From: an uncultured bacterium | GTDB lineage: Bacteria; Patescibacteriota; Minisyncoccia; Phycocordibacterales; UBA918 | Length of the DNA: 39,622 bases | Assembly: GCA_937867625.1 (NCBI GenBank) | Contig: CALMKR010000218.1 | Location: forward strand, 1-39,622 | Direction: 5' to 3' | Part shown: in pieces, positions 17,905-26,107 of the stretch | Position numbering within the stretch: the stretch's first letter is position 1 | Layout: every line of letters begins with the position of its first letter | Made by a program: the position numbers and the translations under genes | Notes under the pieces: generated by a model | What the model was told of the DNA's origin: nothing | Seen by the model: the letters and a program-made list of their open reading frames with translations, nothing else | The model's database searches: none

Positions 17905-18249
17905 ATGGCAGAAATTGATATAGTCAGAGGTGATACAAGGGTAATAACAGCTACATTTTTAGATAGTGCTGGCGACCCTATAAATTTAAGTGGTGGTGAA
18001 GTATTTTTTACGGTCAATGCAGATTCTGAACCGACAGATGATACAGAAGCAGTAATACAAAAAGATATTTCAAGTTTTAGTACACCAACTACTGGTGTAT
18101 TGTCTTTTACATTATCGGCTAGTGATACGAATATCACACCTGCAACGTACTGGTATGATGTACAATTTGTATCAGGTGCAGGTGTAGTTACATCGCTACC
18201 AAAGGATAAGTTTATAATAAGGTCAGATATAACAAGGAGAACCGCATAA
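17905..18249 (+). CDS. small Ig-like/BppU-N-like structural domain protein
   Basis: IVRGDTRVITATFLDSAGDPINLSGGEVFFTV...TPATYWYDVQF pattern is common in phage fibre and decoration Ig-like domains. Confidence 0.4.
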   Translation: MAEIDIVRGDTRVITATFLDSAGDPINLSGGEVFFTVNADSEPTDDTEAVIQKDISSFSTPTTGVLSFTLSASDTNITPATYWYDVQFVSGAGVVTSLPKDKFIIRSDITRRTA

Positions 18250-18327
18250 TGGAACAGATAGAAGATATAACATTACAAGTAGATGATTTAGACATCATAA
18301 TTAACACTAATATAGGGGAACAATAAC

Positions 18328-18693
18328 ATGGCAAAACTAATACCTGACGGACGACTCGACTCAATGCTCGGAATATTAACTAACTGTACTTCAATAAGCG
18401 TATGCTCCACACAGCCTACTACTCGTACAGAAGCAGTAACAACGTATATGCTTGCTACTAAAACAATTACTAGTGCTAATTTTACATTAGCTGATGACTC
18501 AACTGTAGGACGTAAAGCTACTACTGATGTACATTCTGCTATTAGTATAACTAACTCTGGTACTGCACAACACATAGCTGGTACAGACGGAACAAACCTT
18601 TTATGGGTTACAACTTGTACTTCACAATCACTTACAGCAGGTGGAACCGTAACAATCCCTGCATTTGCACTCAAACTAGCTGACGCTGCTTAA
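18328..18693 (+). CDS. hypothetical Thr-rich protein (121 aa)
   Basis: ORF with GGGGAAC-type RBS. The antisense ORF 18288..18674 was rejected. Confidence 0.4.
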   Translation: MAKLIPDGRLDSMLGILTNCTSISVCSTQPTTRTEAVTTYMLATKTITSANFTLADDSTVGRKATTDVHSAISITNSGTAQHIAGTDGTNLLWVTTCTSQSLTAGGTVTIPAFALKLADAA

Positions 18694-18707
18694 ATAGGAG
18701 AAGTCCT

Positions 18708-19004
18708 ATGCAGTTACATCTATATGGCGGTGAAAAACTTGTTTTAACTGTAGATGACGCTGTGCAATATATTAAGGTAAACGGCACAGATAACATCTTT
18801 GGTATATCTGATGAGAAAGTGGCGTATTTTGCTGGACTTAAAAAGTTAAATAAAGACACTACTAAAGCCGAAGAATTACTGACTAAAGATATTACTTTGT
18901 TTGAATACTACTATGAAAAAGGTGAACTGGAATTAGACAAACTAGACCATGCAACCAGAGACAAACTTAAACAAAAATTACCTGATGTGAAAGTGAAAAT
19001 ATAA
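18708..19004 (+). CDS. hypothetical protein (98 aa)
   Basis: ORF with AGGAGAAG upstream. Confidence 0.45.
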   Translation: MQLHLYGGEKLVLTVDDAVQYIKVNGTDNIFGISDEKVAYFAGLKKLNKDTTKAEELLTKDITLFEYYYEKGELELDKLDHATRDKLKQKLPDVKVKI

Positions 19005-20503
19005 TGGCAGTAACTATTAGAGGCAGTCAAACGTATCAGTCTGGAAGCGGTGGATTTTTATCTTCGCACACTATGGCAGACCTTGATGTTACAGGAACAG
19101 ATACATGTGCTATAGCTGCTGGGTTCAACCGTAACCCTGCTTCTGATGTAGGTTCATGGACGTTTGAGGGTAACACTCCTACTGCAATAGCTGACTCAAT
19201 AAACGCTAATGTGGTAGCTGTTAGTACTCAGCGTTATTTAATAAGTAACGCAGCTACTACAATCGTATCTAATACACCATCATTTAAGCTACAAGCCATG
19301 ATAGGCGTTGCCTTAGAGGGTGTTGACCAGACTACACCTATTGCTGGTTCTACTACTGGTGGTTCTTATGGCACAGCTGCGACTGCAAGCTATACAGGTA
19401 CAAGTGGCAACATGTTGCTTGTATTTGTATCTACTCAAAACGATAGAACATTTACTGCTTCGGGTACAACTGATATAACCTCAGTCACTCATGCAGACGC
19501 TAACCTTGGTTCGGGTTATGCAGGGTATGTATCGGCTACAGGAAGCTCGCAAACTATAGGAGCAACTTTATCGGCTAACGATAACTGGCGCTTAGTAATA
19601 ATGGAAGTTACGGCTGCTGCTTCGGGTACTACGCTTGTAGTACAAGATATATCTACAACGCCAACTTTCGAAGTACCTGCATTAACTCAAGCTAACACCC
19701 TTGTAGTACAAGACGCTTCTATTACGCCTACACTGGAAAACGTAGCACTCACTCAAGCTAATACTCTAGTCGTACAGGATATATCTACTACACCAACATT
19801 AGAAAGTCCTGTTTTAAGTTTATCGTTGATAGTAGCGGACATTAGCAGTACACCTACACTAGAAAGCCCTACATTAACGCAAGCCAACACATTGGCAGTA
19901 AATAATGTTAGTACTACTCCTACTATAGAAAGTCCTGCACTTACTCAGGCAAATACCCTTGTAGTAACTGATATAAGTACAACACCAACTTTTGAAAGTC
20001 CTGCACTTACGCAAGCTAATAATCTAACTGTAGCTAATGTATCTACAGCCCCTACATTTGAAAGCCCTGTTTTAACTCAAGCCAATACTTTAGCTGTAGC
20101 CGACATATCTACTACACCTACTTTAGAAGCTACTGATGTATCTGGTGCAAATGTTCTATCTGTAAATGATATATCGACAACTCCTAGCTTCGAAATACCG
20201 AGTCTTATGCAAGCTAATAATCTTGCAGTACAAGATGTGAGTATAGTAACAGGATTAGATTCAACAACTCTTGATACAGGGATTACTACATTAACGGTAC
20301 AAGATTTAAGTCTTACACCTACACTAGAAACAATAGATTTTAGCACCGCAGTAGATATAGAACTTACTATTAGACAAATACAAACGGATATTGAAGTATC
20401 TCAAGAACTAACTGATTTAATTATAAGACAACAAATAACCGATATAATCGTAGAACAAGTAACTGATTCTATAATTGTTCGTCAGGAAATATCAGAAGTA
20501 TGA
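19004..20503 (+). CDS. tandem-repeat Ser/Thr/Pro-rich protein (putative virion fibre or decoration protein)
   Basis: 499 aa. Residues 206-445 form eleven units of consensus TQANTLVVQDISTTPTLESPAL. The C-terminus has three IRQ..TDIIV-like mini-repeats. Confidence 0.6.
   Translation: MAVTIRGSQTYQSGSGGFLSSHTMADLDVTGTDTCAIAAGFNRNPASDVGSWTFEGNTPTAIADSINANVVAVSTQRYLISNAATTIVSNTPSFKLQAMIGVALEGVDQTTPIAGSTTGGSYGTAATASYTGTSGNMLLVFVSTQNDRTFTASGTTDITSVTHADANLGSGYAGYVSATGSSQTIGATLSANDNWRLVIMEVTAAASGTTLVVQDISTTPTFEVPALTQANTLVVQDASITPTLENVALTQANTLVVQDISTTPTLESPVLSLSLIVADISSTPTLESPTLTQANTLAVNNVSTTPTIESPALTQANTLVVTDISTTPTFESPALTQANNLTVANVSTAPTFESPVLTQANTLAVADISTTPTLEATDVSGANVLSVNDISTTPSFEIPSLMQANNLAVQDVSIVTGLDSTTLDTGITTLTVQDLSLTPTLETIDFSTAVDIELTIRQIQTDIEVSQELTDLIIRQQITDIIVEQVTDSIIVRQEISEV
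19619..20338 (+). repeat. in-frame tandem repeat: 11 units, period 66 nt (one 60-nt unit)
   Basis: Unit boundaries at aa 206, 228, 250, 272, 292, 314, 336, 358, 380, 402 and 424. DNA copies differ at many synonymous positions. Confidence 0.85.
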
Positions 20504-20694
20504 TTGATGTAAAATGCAAAGGCTGTAATAAGTTACTTGCCAAAGTTGATAACTTACAAGGCGCTATTAAATGTCCACGGTGCTATATGATATTTGAATA
20601 CAATGTTAAGAGTAATGAGATATTTGTCACAAATGAATTTGACATGACTAGCATTACTGTTATAATGCCACCAGAGTCCTCAAAGAGACCATAA
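20500..20694 (+). CDS. Com-like zinc-ribbon protein
   Basis: IDVKCKGCNKLLAKVDNLQGAIKCPRCYMIFEY resembles the Mu Com family (CxxC...CPRC). Confidence 0.5.
   Translation: MIDVKCKGCNKLLAKVDNLQGAIKCPRCYMIFEYNVKSNEIFVTNEFDMTSITVIMPPESSKRP
20639..20666 (+). promoter_or_regulatory. near-consensus sigma-A promoter with extended -10, inside the 3' end of the Com-like gene
   Basis: TTGACA (20639-20644), 16-nt spacer ending TGt, TATAAT (20661-20666). Confidence 0.6.
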
Positions 20695-20738
20695 ATCCAC
20701 CTCAGTTACGAGCTGGTCGGTTGTCAGAGGACTTTTTT
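20675..20738 (+). promoter_or_regulatory. structured leader with T-tract upstream of the protease gene
   Basis: agtcctc (20675-20681) pairs with gaggact (20727-20733), followed by T-run 20733-20738. Confidence 0.35.
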
Positions 20739-20754
20739 AATTATAAGGAAATAC

Positions 20755-21453
20755 ATGCACATAAAAGCAGATGGGTTAATAGAAAAAGCTAGTCGATTAA
20801 AAGAGGGCGAAGTAGAATTTGTGGTATCAACGAACGCATGGGACGCTCACGGTGAACGTATCAATGTAGACGGCATAGACATAAAAGACTTTAAGAAAAA
20901 CCCTGTTGTATTATGGGGTCATGATGGATTTAACCTACCTATAGCCAAAGCCACTAAGGTTTGGAAAGAGGGTGGCAAGTTAATGGCTAAAGCTCAGTTC
21001 TATATGAAAGATGAGTTTGCAGCCAAAGTATATAACTACATTCTTGACGGATACTTGAACGCTGTATCGATCGGTGGAATGGTGCAAGAGTGGGGATCAG
21101 ATGGACTTACTATTACGAAGATGATGATGAAAGAGTTTAGTGTTGTATCAATCCCTGCTAACCAAGAAGCACTAGTCGCTAGTAAGTCATTTGATGGTAA
21201 TCAGAAAGCGGAACTCCGGGCATTGGCTAACGCTTACGCTCGTAAGATGCTGACTGATGGTAATGAAATTAAAAACGATATACAAGTATTGAAAACACTC
21301 GTAGCCACTTTAGAGGAATTAAGCTTTGCTGAACCCGAAGAAGCGTTGGCAGACGAAACAACTAATAGACGGGTTATTTTGCGCCAAGCGCAAGCGGTCG
21401 ATAACCAAGTTGAAACTGTCATAAGACAAATTAAATTGAAAGGAAACTCATAA
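20755..21453 (+). CDS. HK97-family prohead protease (S78-like) with C-terminal coiled region
   Basis: VEFVVSTNAWDAHGERI...VVLWGHD...FSVVSIPANQEA. Positioned directly upstream of the capsid gene. Confidence 0.8.
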   Translation: MHIKADGLIEKASRLKEGEVEFVVSTNAWDAHGERINVDGIDIKDFKKNPVVLWGHDGFNLPIAKATKVWKEGGKLMAKAQFYMKDEFAAKVYNYILDGYLNAVSIGGMVQEWGSDGLTITKMMMKEFSVVSIPANQEALVASKSFDGNQKAELRALANAYARKMLTDGNEIKNDIQVLKTLVATLEELSFAEPEEALADETTNRRVILRQAQAVDNQVETVIRQIKLKGNS

Positions 21454-22682
21454 TGAGTACAGAAAAAATCGAAATTGACTCAGACGTTATTGACGCTGTT
21501 TCAAAATCAGTTCAGGAAGCTCTAAAAGCTGACATGCCTAAAGCTGCAAGTGCAGACGAAATCGCTGACGCAATTATTGCTAAGACTGAAAAAGTAGAAA
21601 AGAAAGCTATTCACAGTGACGAAAAACCAGTTGTTAAAACTTCTGCTATGGAATCACTTAGTAAAGAACAACGCTTTGCAAAAGGTCTTGTTGCTTTTAA
21701 GAATAACGACTCAGTAGGAATTGCTGAATATAACTCTTATGTCGATAAGGCATGGAGCGAAGTAAACAAAGCTAACTACCAAAACGTTACAACTGCTGCT
21801 GACGGTGCTGCTCTAGTACCAGACCCAGAATTTGTTGCAGAGGTAGAACGACTTACGCAGGATTACGGTGTTGCTGCTCGTTTAGCTGATGTTCGTGTTA
21901 CTGATCGTGACTCTGTAACATTGCTTGCTGGTACAAACGAAATCTCGTTTACTCGTACAGGTGAAGCTACAGCGCAGAACGCTCAGAAACTTACTTACTC
22001 AGCTACAACTGTTGCACTTGATAAGTACATTGCTACACTAGTATTTACTAGCGAAGTTATTGAAGATGCTGCTATCAATCTTTGGAATGATGCTGCAACT
22101 GAAATCGCTCGTGCAAGAGCTAAATTGTTTGACCAATTAGTATTCACTGACGCTACATATGGCTTGCTATATGCACCTGATGCTGGTGAAGCTTTCAAAA
22201 CTCTATCAGTTGGTTCAGCCATCACAGATTTCTCTGCTGATGATGCTATGGATTCACGTTACCTCGTAGTCGGTTCAGTCCGTCGTGCAGGTCGTTACTT
22301 CATGCACCCTACTGTTTGGAACATGCTACGACAAACTAAAGAAGCTACTACTGGCGGTTACTTATTCGGTGGCGTTGGTGGTTCAGTAACTCCTATGATT
22401 GACGGTGTTGCTGTAGAACTAGTTGATATTCTTCCTGAAAAGGGTGAAATCACAGCTAACGAGCCTTTTGCAGTATTCGGTGATTTAAGCCGAGTTAAAC
22501 TACACGTTAAAAGACTATTGGAAACAAAAATCTTTGATAGCGGTGTTGTAAAAGACGCTGGCGGTTCTGACATTAACCTGATCACTCAGGACGCATGGGC
22601 AATGCGAGCTACACTTCGATGTGTACCGCAAACACGCTTCCCCGGAGCTTTCGTAATCATTGGAACTGGTGTTGTTTCTTAA
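21453..22682 (+). CDS. major capsid protein, HK97 fold, with N-terminal delta-like domain
   Basis: 409 aa, ATGA-coupled to the protease. Ala/Lys/Glu-rich N-terminal region of about 100 aa, then a typical HK97-type body. Confidence 0.85.
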   Translation: MSTEKIEIDSDVIDAVSKSVQEALKADMPKAASADEIADAIIAKTEKVEKKAIHSDEKPVVKTSAMESLSKEQRFAKGLVAFKNNDSVGIAEYNSYVDKAWSEVNKANYQNVTTAADGAALVPDPEFVAEVERLTQDYGVAARLADVRVTDRDSVTLLAGTNEISFTRTGEATAQNAQKLTYSATTVALDKYIATLVFTSEVIEDAAINLWNDAATEIARARAKLFDQLVFTDATYGLLYAPDAGEAFKTLSVGSAITDFSADDAMDSRYLVVGSVRRAGRYFMHPTVWNMLRQTKEATTGGYLFGGVGGSVTPMIDGVAVELVDILPEKGEITANEPFAVFGDLSRVKLHVKRLLETKIFDSGVVKDAGGSDINLITQDAWAMRATLRCVPQTRFPGAFVIIGTGVVS

Positions 22683-22718
22683 TCGAACAATATTAAACCA
22701 ATAAACGAAAGGTAAATC

Positions 22719-23246
22719 ATGGCACAAATTTCAAAGCTAAAAGTAGCAGCCGGATCTCTCATCACCTTTGGTGGTGTTGATTTAGGACATACTGTTGATG
22801 GTGCTGAAATTGAAATCGAGCGAGAGTTTACCGAAGTAAAGACTGACTTATACGGAAATACACCTGTAGATTACGTTTTGTCTGGTCAAAAAGCTACAGT
22901 CAAACTCAAGCTTGCTGAAATTCACCCGTTTACTCTTAACTATGTCATGCCTGAGAATGATTATGACGTTGGTACTGCTGACGATCATACTCACTTTGGT
23001 ACAAAGGCTGGTTACAGTTTGCGAAATGACGCTCTTGAATTAGTTATCACCCCACAAGGTGGTAATGCTGATGGCAACCTAACCTTTACTTTCTTCAAAG
23101 CGGTATCTACTGAAAACGCTACGCTTGCTTACAAAATAGATGAGCAATCAGTGTTTGAAGTAACGTTTACTGCTCTCGTTGATGAGAGTCGAGCTGCAAC
23201 CGATGGACGATTCCTCGGACGCATGGGACCAGTCAATATTTCATAG
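22719..23246 (+). CDS. putative major tail (tube) protein
   Basis: 175 aa. KLKVAAGSLITFGGVDLGHTVDGAEIEIEREFTEVKTDLYGNTPVDYVLSGQKATVKLKLAE resembles siphovirus tube proteins. No other tube candidate lies between the tail terminator and the chaperones. Confidence 0.5.
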   Translation: MAQISKLKVAAGSLITFGGVDLGHTVDGAEIEIEREFTEVKTDLYGNTPVDYVLSGQKATVKLKLAEIHPFTLNYVMPENDYDVGTADDHTHFGTKAGYSLRNDALELVITPQGGNADGNLTFTFFKAVSTENATLAYKIDEQSVFEVTFTALVDESRAATDGRFLGRMGPVNIS

Positions 23247-23260
23247 GCTGACTTTTAATC

Positions 23261-23293
23261 AGAGCCTTGTCGTAAAAAGCAAGGCTCTTTTTA
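23261..23293 (+). terminator. strong rho-independent terminator
   Basis: agagccttg (23261-23269)/caaggctct (23280-23288) followed by a T-run. Confidence 0.8.
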
Positions 23294-23315
23294 ATACTTG
23301 TGCTATTATGAAAGT

Positions 23316-23468
23316 ATGCTACGCAACTATTACAACTCGGCAATCTTACGAGTAAGAGAACATGTAGGTGGGGTAGATAAACTATCGCCAATAAAAGGTG
23401 AAACAGTAGAAGCATACAACGCAAGACGAAAAGCTTATTTAAGAAGAAAACTCAATAAGAAGAAATAG
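23316..23468 (+). CDS. possible small basic protein (50 aa)
   Basis: ORF MLRNYYNSAILRVREHVGG...RRKLNKKK in the intergenic gap. Weak RBS. Confidence 0.2.
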   Translation: MLRNYYNSAILRVREHVGGVDKLSPIKGETVEAYNARRKAYLRRKLNKKK

Positions 23469-23469
23469 T

Positions 23470-24024
23470 ATGGCACTTATTACACAAGCAGATATAGAGG
23501 CAAGACTCGGTAGGAGTCTTACCGCAGACGAATCAAGTTCTTTTACACTTATAAACTTAGCGTTACAAGCTCATATAGAGCGCATGATTGGCTCAAGCAT
23601 TGAATCGGTCAGTCCAACCACCCGTTACTATGATGGTGGAGTACAGCATCTAGCTATAGACCCTTGTACATCGATCACCGCACTCAAGTATGTTGATGAT
23701 AATACTGATGTTGAGTACACCTTTATATCTTCTGACTATACGAGCGAGCCTGTAAACAAAACTCTTAAAACTATGCTTCGTAATCGTGATGGCAAGTTTG
23801 TTACTGGTATAAACAACATAGCTGTTACTGCGAAGTTTTCTATATACGAAGATACAAACACATTAAACATTGTTAAATCTGCACTACTTGAATCACTGGT
23901 TAGTGAGATTTCAAACAACGACAATATACAACGTGAATCAATCGAGGGTTACTCAGTAGACTATGTAACTGATCAGACCAAAGACAATCTAAGTGCTATT
24001 AAGTTCTTATTTCCGGGGGTATAA
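23470..24024 (+). CDS. head-tail connector (gp6-like) protein
   Basis: N-terminal ITQADIEARLGRSLTADE is typical of gp6-like connectors. Supported by position. Confidence 0.55.
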   Translation: MALITQADIEARLGRSLTADESSSFTLINLALQAHIERMIGSSIESVSPTTRYYDGGVQHLAIDPCTSITALKYVDDNTDVEYTFISSDYTSEPVNKTLKTMLRNRDGKFVTGINNIAVTAKFSIYEDTNTLNIVKSALLESLVSEISNNDNIQRESIEGYSVDYVTDQTKDNLSAIKFLFPGV

Positions 24025-24456
24025 ATGAAGCCTAAAGACTTAGTAAGATTTTGGAACAAAGTTACCAAAACTGAAATGTGTTGGGAATGGAGTGCTGGTA
24101 CTCAAAAAGGGTATGGAGCTTTTCATTTAAATGGAAAAATGCGACCTGCTCACCGTGTATTATACGAGCATTTGTATGGTGAAATAGAAAAAGGTTTAGA
24201 GATTGACCATACTTGCTTTAATAAAAAATGTGTAAACCCTATGCACTTAGACAAGGTTACTCCATCTGTAAACACTCGTAGAGGTAAATTAAATGCCGGA
24301 CAAGTTAAACTTACATATAAGTCTGATGTTAAAGAGTATTGTAAAAATGGACATCTAAGAAATATAGGGAATACTTATGAAAATGGCAAAAATAAAACCT
24401 GTAGAGTTTGCCAATTAGCTAGTGTAAACAGGTACAATGCGAGGGTGACATCATAA
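24025..24456 (+). CDS. HNH_3-type homing endonuclease
   Basis: CWEWSAGTQKGYGAF...PAHRVLYEHLYG...IDHTCFNKKCVNPMHLDKVT. Confidence 0.8.
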   Translation: MKPKDLVRFWNKVTKTEMCWEWSAGTQKGYGAFHLNGKMRPAHRVLYEHLYGEIEKGLEIDHTCFNKKCVNPMHLDKVTPSVNTRRGKLNAGQVKLTYKSDVKEYCKNGHLRNIGNTYENGKNKTCRVCQLASVNRYNARVTS

Positions 24457-24464
24457 AACCACCC

Positions 24465-24773
24465 ATGCTTCACACTGCGTATAAGGTTACTACAACCAGA
24501 AATGCCTATGGCGACTTTGTACAAGGTGCAGAGGTAGAACATGCTTGTCACTTTCGATACATCACTGAACAGGTAAGCAGTCAATCTAACGAGGTTATAA
24601 ATTCTGACGCTATGGCGTGGTTTAATCCTGACAGTGGAATAGATAAAGAAGATATACTTAGAATAGATGGTGAGTACTTTAGAGTAGAGCGTGTAACAAA
24701 AGCTCGCAGACTTCGTAACCCAGAGGTATTATTTATTAAAGTCACTCTGCTGAGATATGGGGTAATATCGTGA
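24465..24773 (+). CDS. head closure / head-tail adaptor protein
   Basis: About 100 aa, supported by position. ...DILRIDGEYFRVERV pattern matches SPP1 gp16-like proteins. Confidence 0.5.
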   Translation: MLHTAYKVTTTRNAYGDFVQGAEVEHACHFRYITEQVSSQSNEVINSDAMAWFNPDSGIDKEDILRIDGEYFRVERVTKARRLRNPEVLFIKVTLLRYGVIS

Positions 24774-25126
24774 ATATTGTGAACGACAAAATGCCTCAAT
24801 TTAAACGAAGTCTTTATAATGTATTAGATGACGCATTTCGAGAGGGAGCAAGAGATACACTTATAAATGCTAAACAAAACGCACCATTCGATAAGGGTGG
24901 ATTGCGTAGTGAAACAGAAGTAAGCAAACCGGGTATATTGCACTACCGAGTATCATTTTGGAAAGAGTACGCTCGTTATCAAGAATTTGGTGGAGATGAT
25001 AATCGTACTGTTAGAAACTACTCAACTGCCGGTACTGGCAAAGCATATTTAAAAACAGCCGGGGATAAAGAAGCTACTAAGTTAGTAATGACAATTAAAA
25101 AACATATACCGAGGGTTCGAGTATGA
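24770..25126 (+). CDS. HK97 gp10-like tail-completion/neck protein
   Basis: ...NAKQNAPFDKGGLRSE... motif, plus position. Confidence 0.5.
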   Translation: MNIVNDKMPQFKRSLYNVLDDAFREGARDTLINAKQNAPFDKGGLRSETEVSKPGILHYRVSFWKEYARYQEFGGDDNRTVRNYSTAGTGKAYLKTAGDKEATKLVMTIKKHIPRVRV

Positions 25127-25512
25127 TAGACGTTGCATTAACAGTCGGAACATATCTAGACAATGCCGGGTTTGGTACGGTTGGAACTGATATATTTATT
25201 GGTCAAATACCTGCTACACAAGATGGTATATATGTACTTCGTGCCGGTGGACAAATGAATAACTATGTACCTATTGAAGAATCTGTAGTAGACATATATG
25301 TAAAGAATACTACCTCACAGCAAGCTATACAGACCTTAGAACAGATTAAACGCTACATTCACCGTATGCACTCTACAACTATTGGTAATGATTACATCTA
25401 TACCTTTTTAGTTTTAGGTGATATAGAAGATGTACAGCGTGATTTAGAGTTAGCAAAGATTTATAAAATAACCCTGCAAGTAGTTCATAGGGACGAAGCA
25501 GTAATAAGTTAG
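25123..25512 (+). CDS. tail terminator-like protein
   Basis: Position and size (129 aa). Confidence 0.4.
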   Translation: MIDVALTVGTYLDNAGFGTVGTDIFIGQIPATQDGIYVLRAGGQMNNYVPIEESVVDIYVKNTTSQQAIQTLEQIKRYIHRMHSTTIGNDYIYTFLVLGDIEDVQRDLELAKIYKITLQVVHRDEAVIS

Positions 25513-25520
25513 GAAATAGT

Positions 25521-25871
25521 ATGCCCAGCATTGAAGATTTAAAACCAGTAAAGTTTAAGATAAATATCCGAGGGGTAGATTTAAACTGTAGCCCACTTCG
25601 TTTATCTCATGCGTTGATCGTAGCTAAAATTGGCGAGGTATTCCAAGACCCTAAAAGTGCTAAAAGTGCTGATATAAAACAAGCACAAGCCGACATGGAC
25701 GAAGTGATTGCTGAACTTATACCAGAATTACAGGGAATAGAATTAGATATGACCGATACTATTGATTTGATTACTCAACTGACAGATTCTAATGTACCTA
25801 CTGATAACAAATTTCTTAAAGAGTCGGGGGTACAGTTTGAAGACCCAAAAGCGAAAGTGAAAGCTGGATAA
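25521..25871 (+). CDS. tail assembly chaperone (G-like)
   Basis: Acidic 116-aa protein immediately upstream of the tape measure. Slippery site near its 3' end. Confidence 0.65.
   Translation: MPSIEDLKPVKFKINIRGVDLNCSPLRLSHALIVAKIGEVFQDPKSAKSADIKQAQADMDEVIAELIPELQGIELDMTDTIDLITQLTDSNVPTDNKFLKESGVQFEDPKAKVKAG
25844..25850 (+). promoter_or_regulatory. -1 programmed ribosomal frameshift heptamer C_CCA_AAA
   Basis: In the zero frame gac cca aaa. A -1 slip reads ccc aaa agc gaa agt gaa agc tgg ata ATG ATG, joining the frame of 25871..26107. Confidence 0.6.
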
Positions 25872-26107
25872 TGATGATACCGGAGTTTATTAGATTTTAC
25901 GGATATACAGTCGAGCAGACTTTGAATGAATATGCTCAGACGTTCTTTTCGTTGATAAACTCTATGTATCAAATTCAAGCTAAAGAAACTTTGTATAATG
26001 CATACGCCTCAAACGCTACACAGGAACTTATTGATAGTTTACGAAAACAGGAAAAAGGTATTTCAGGCACAGTGCAAGAAGTTAAAAATGCAAGGAAATT
26101 CAAATGA
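25871..26107 (+). CDS. tail assembly chaperone extension (T-like part of the G-T fusion)
   Basis: In the -1 frame relative to 25521..25871 and open from the slippery site. ATGA-coupled to the tape measure. Confidence 0.55.
   Translation: MMIPEFIRFYGYTVEQTLNEYAQTFFSLINSMYQIQAKETLYNAYASNATQELIDSLRKQEKGISGTVQEVKNARKFK

Noticed and set aside
19619-20338. The 66-nt periodic repeat considered as a CRISPR array or non-coding satellite.
   Set aside because: The period is exactly 22 codons and in frame within a 499-aa ORF. There is no repeat/spacer alternation, and variation is concentrated at synonymous positions. It is a protein repeat.
25100-25125. gagggttcgagta resembling a tRNA T-arm.
   Set aside because: No acceptor, D or anticodon arms can be drawn around it. 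It lies inside CDS 24770..25126. I found no tRNA gene in the window by eye.
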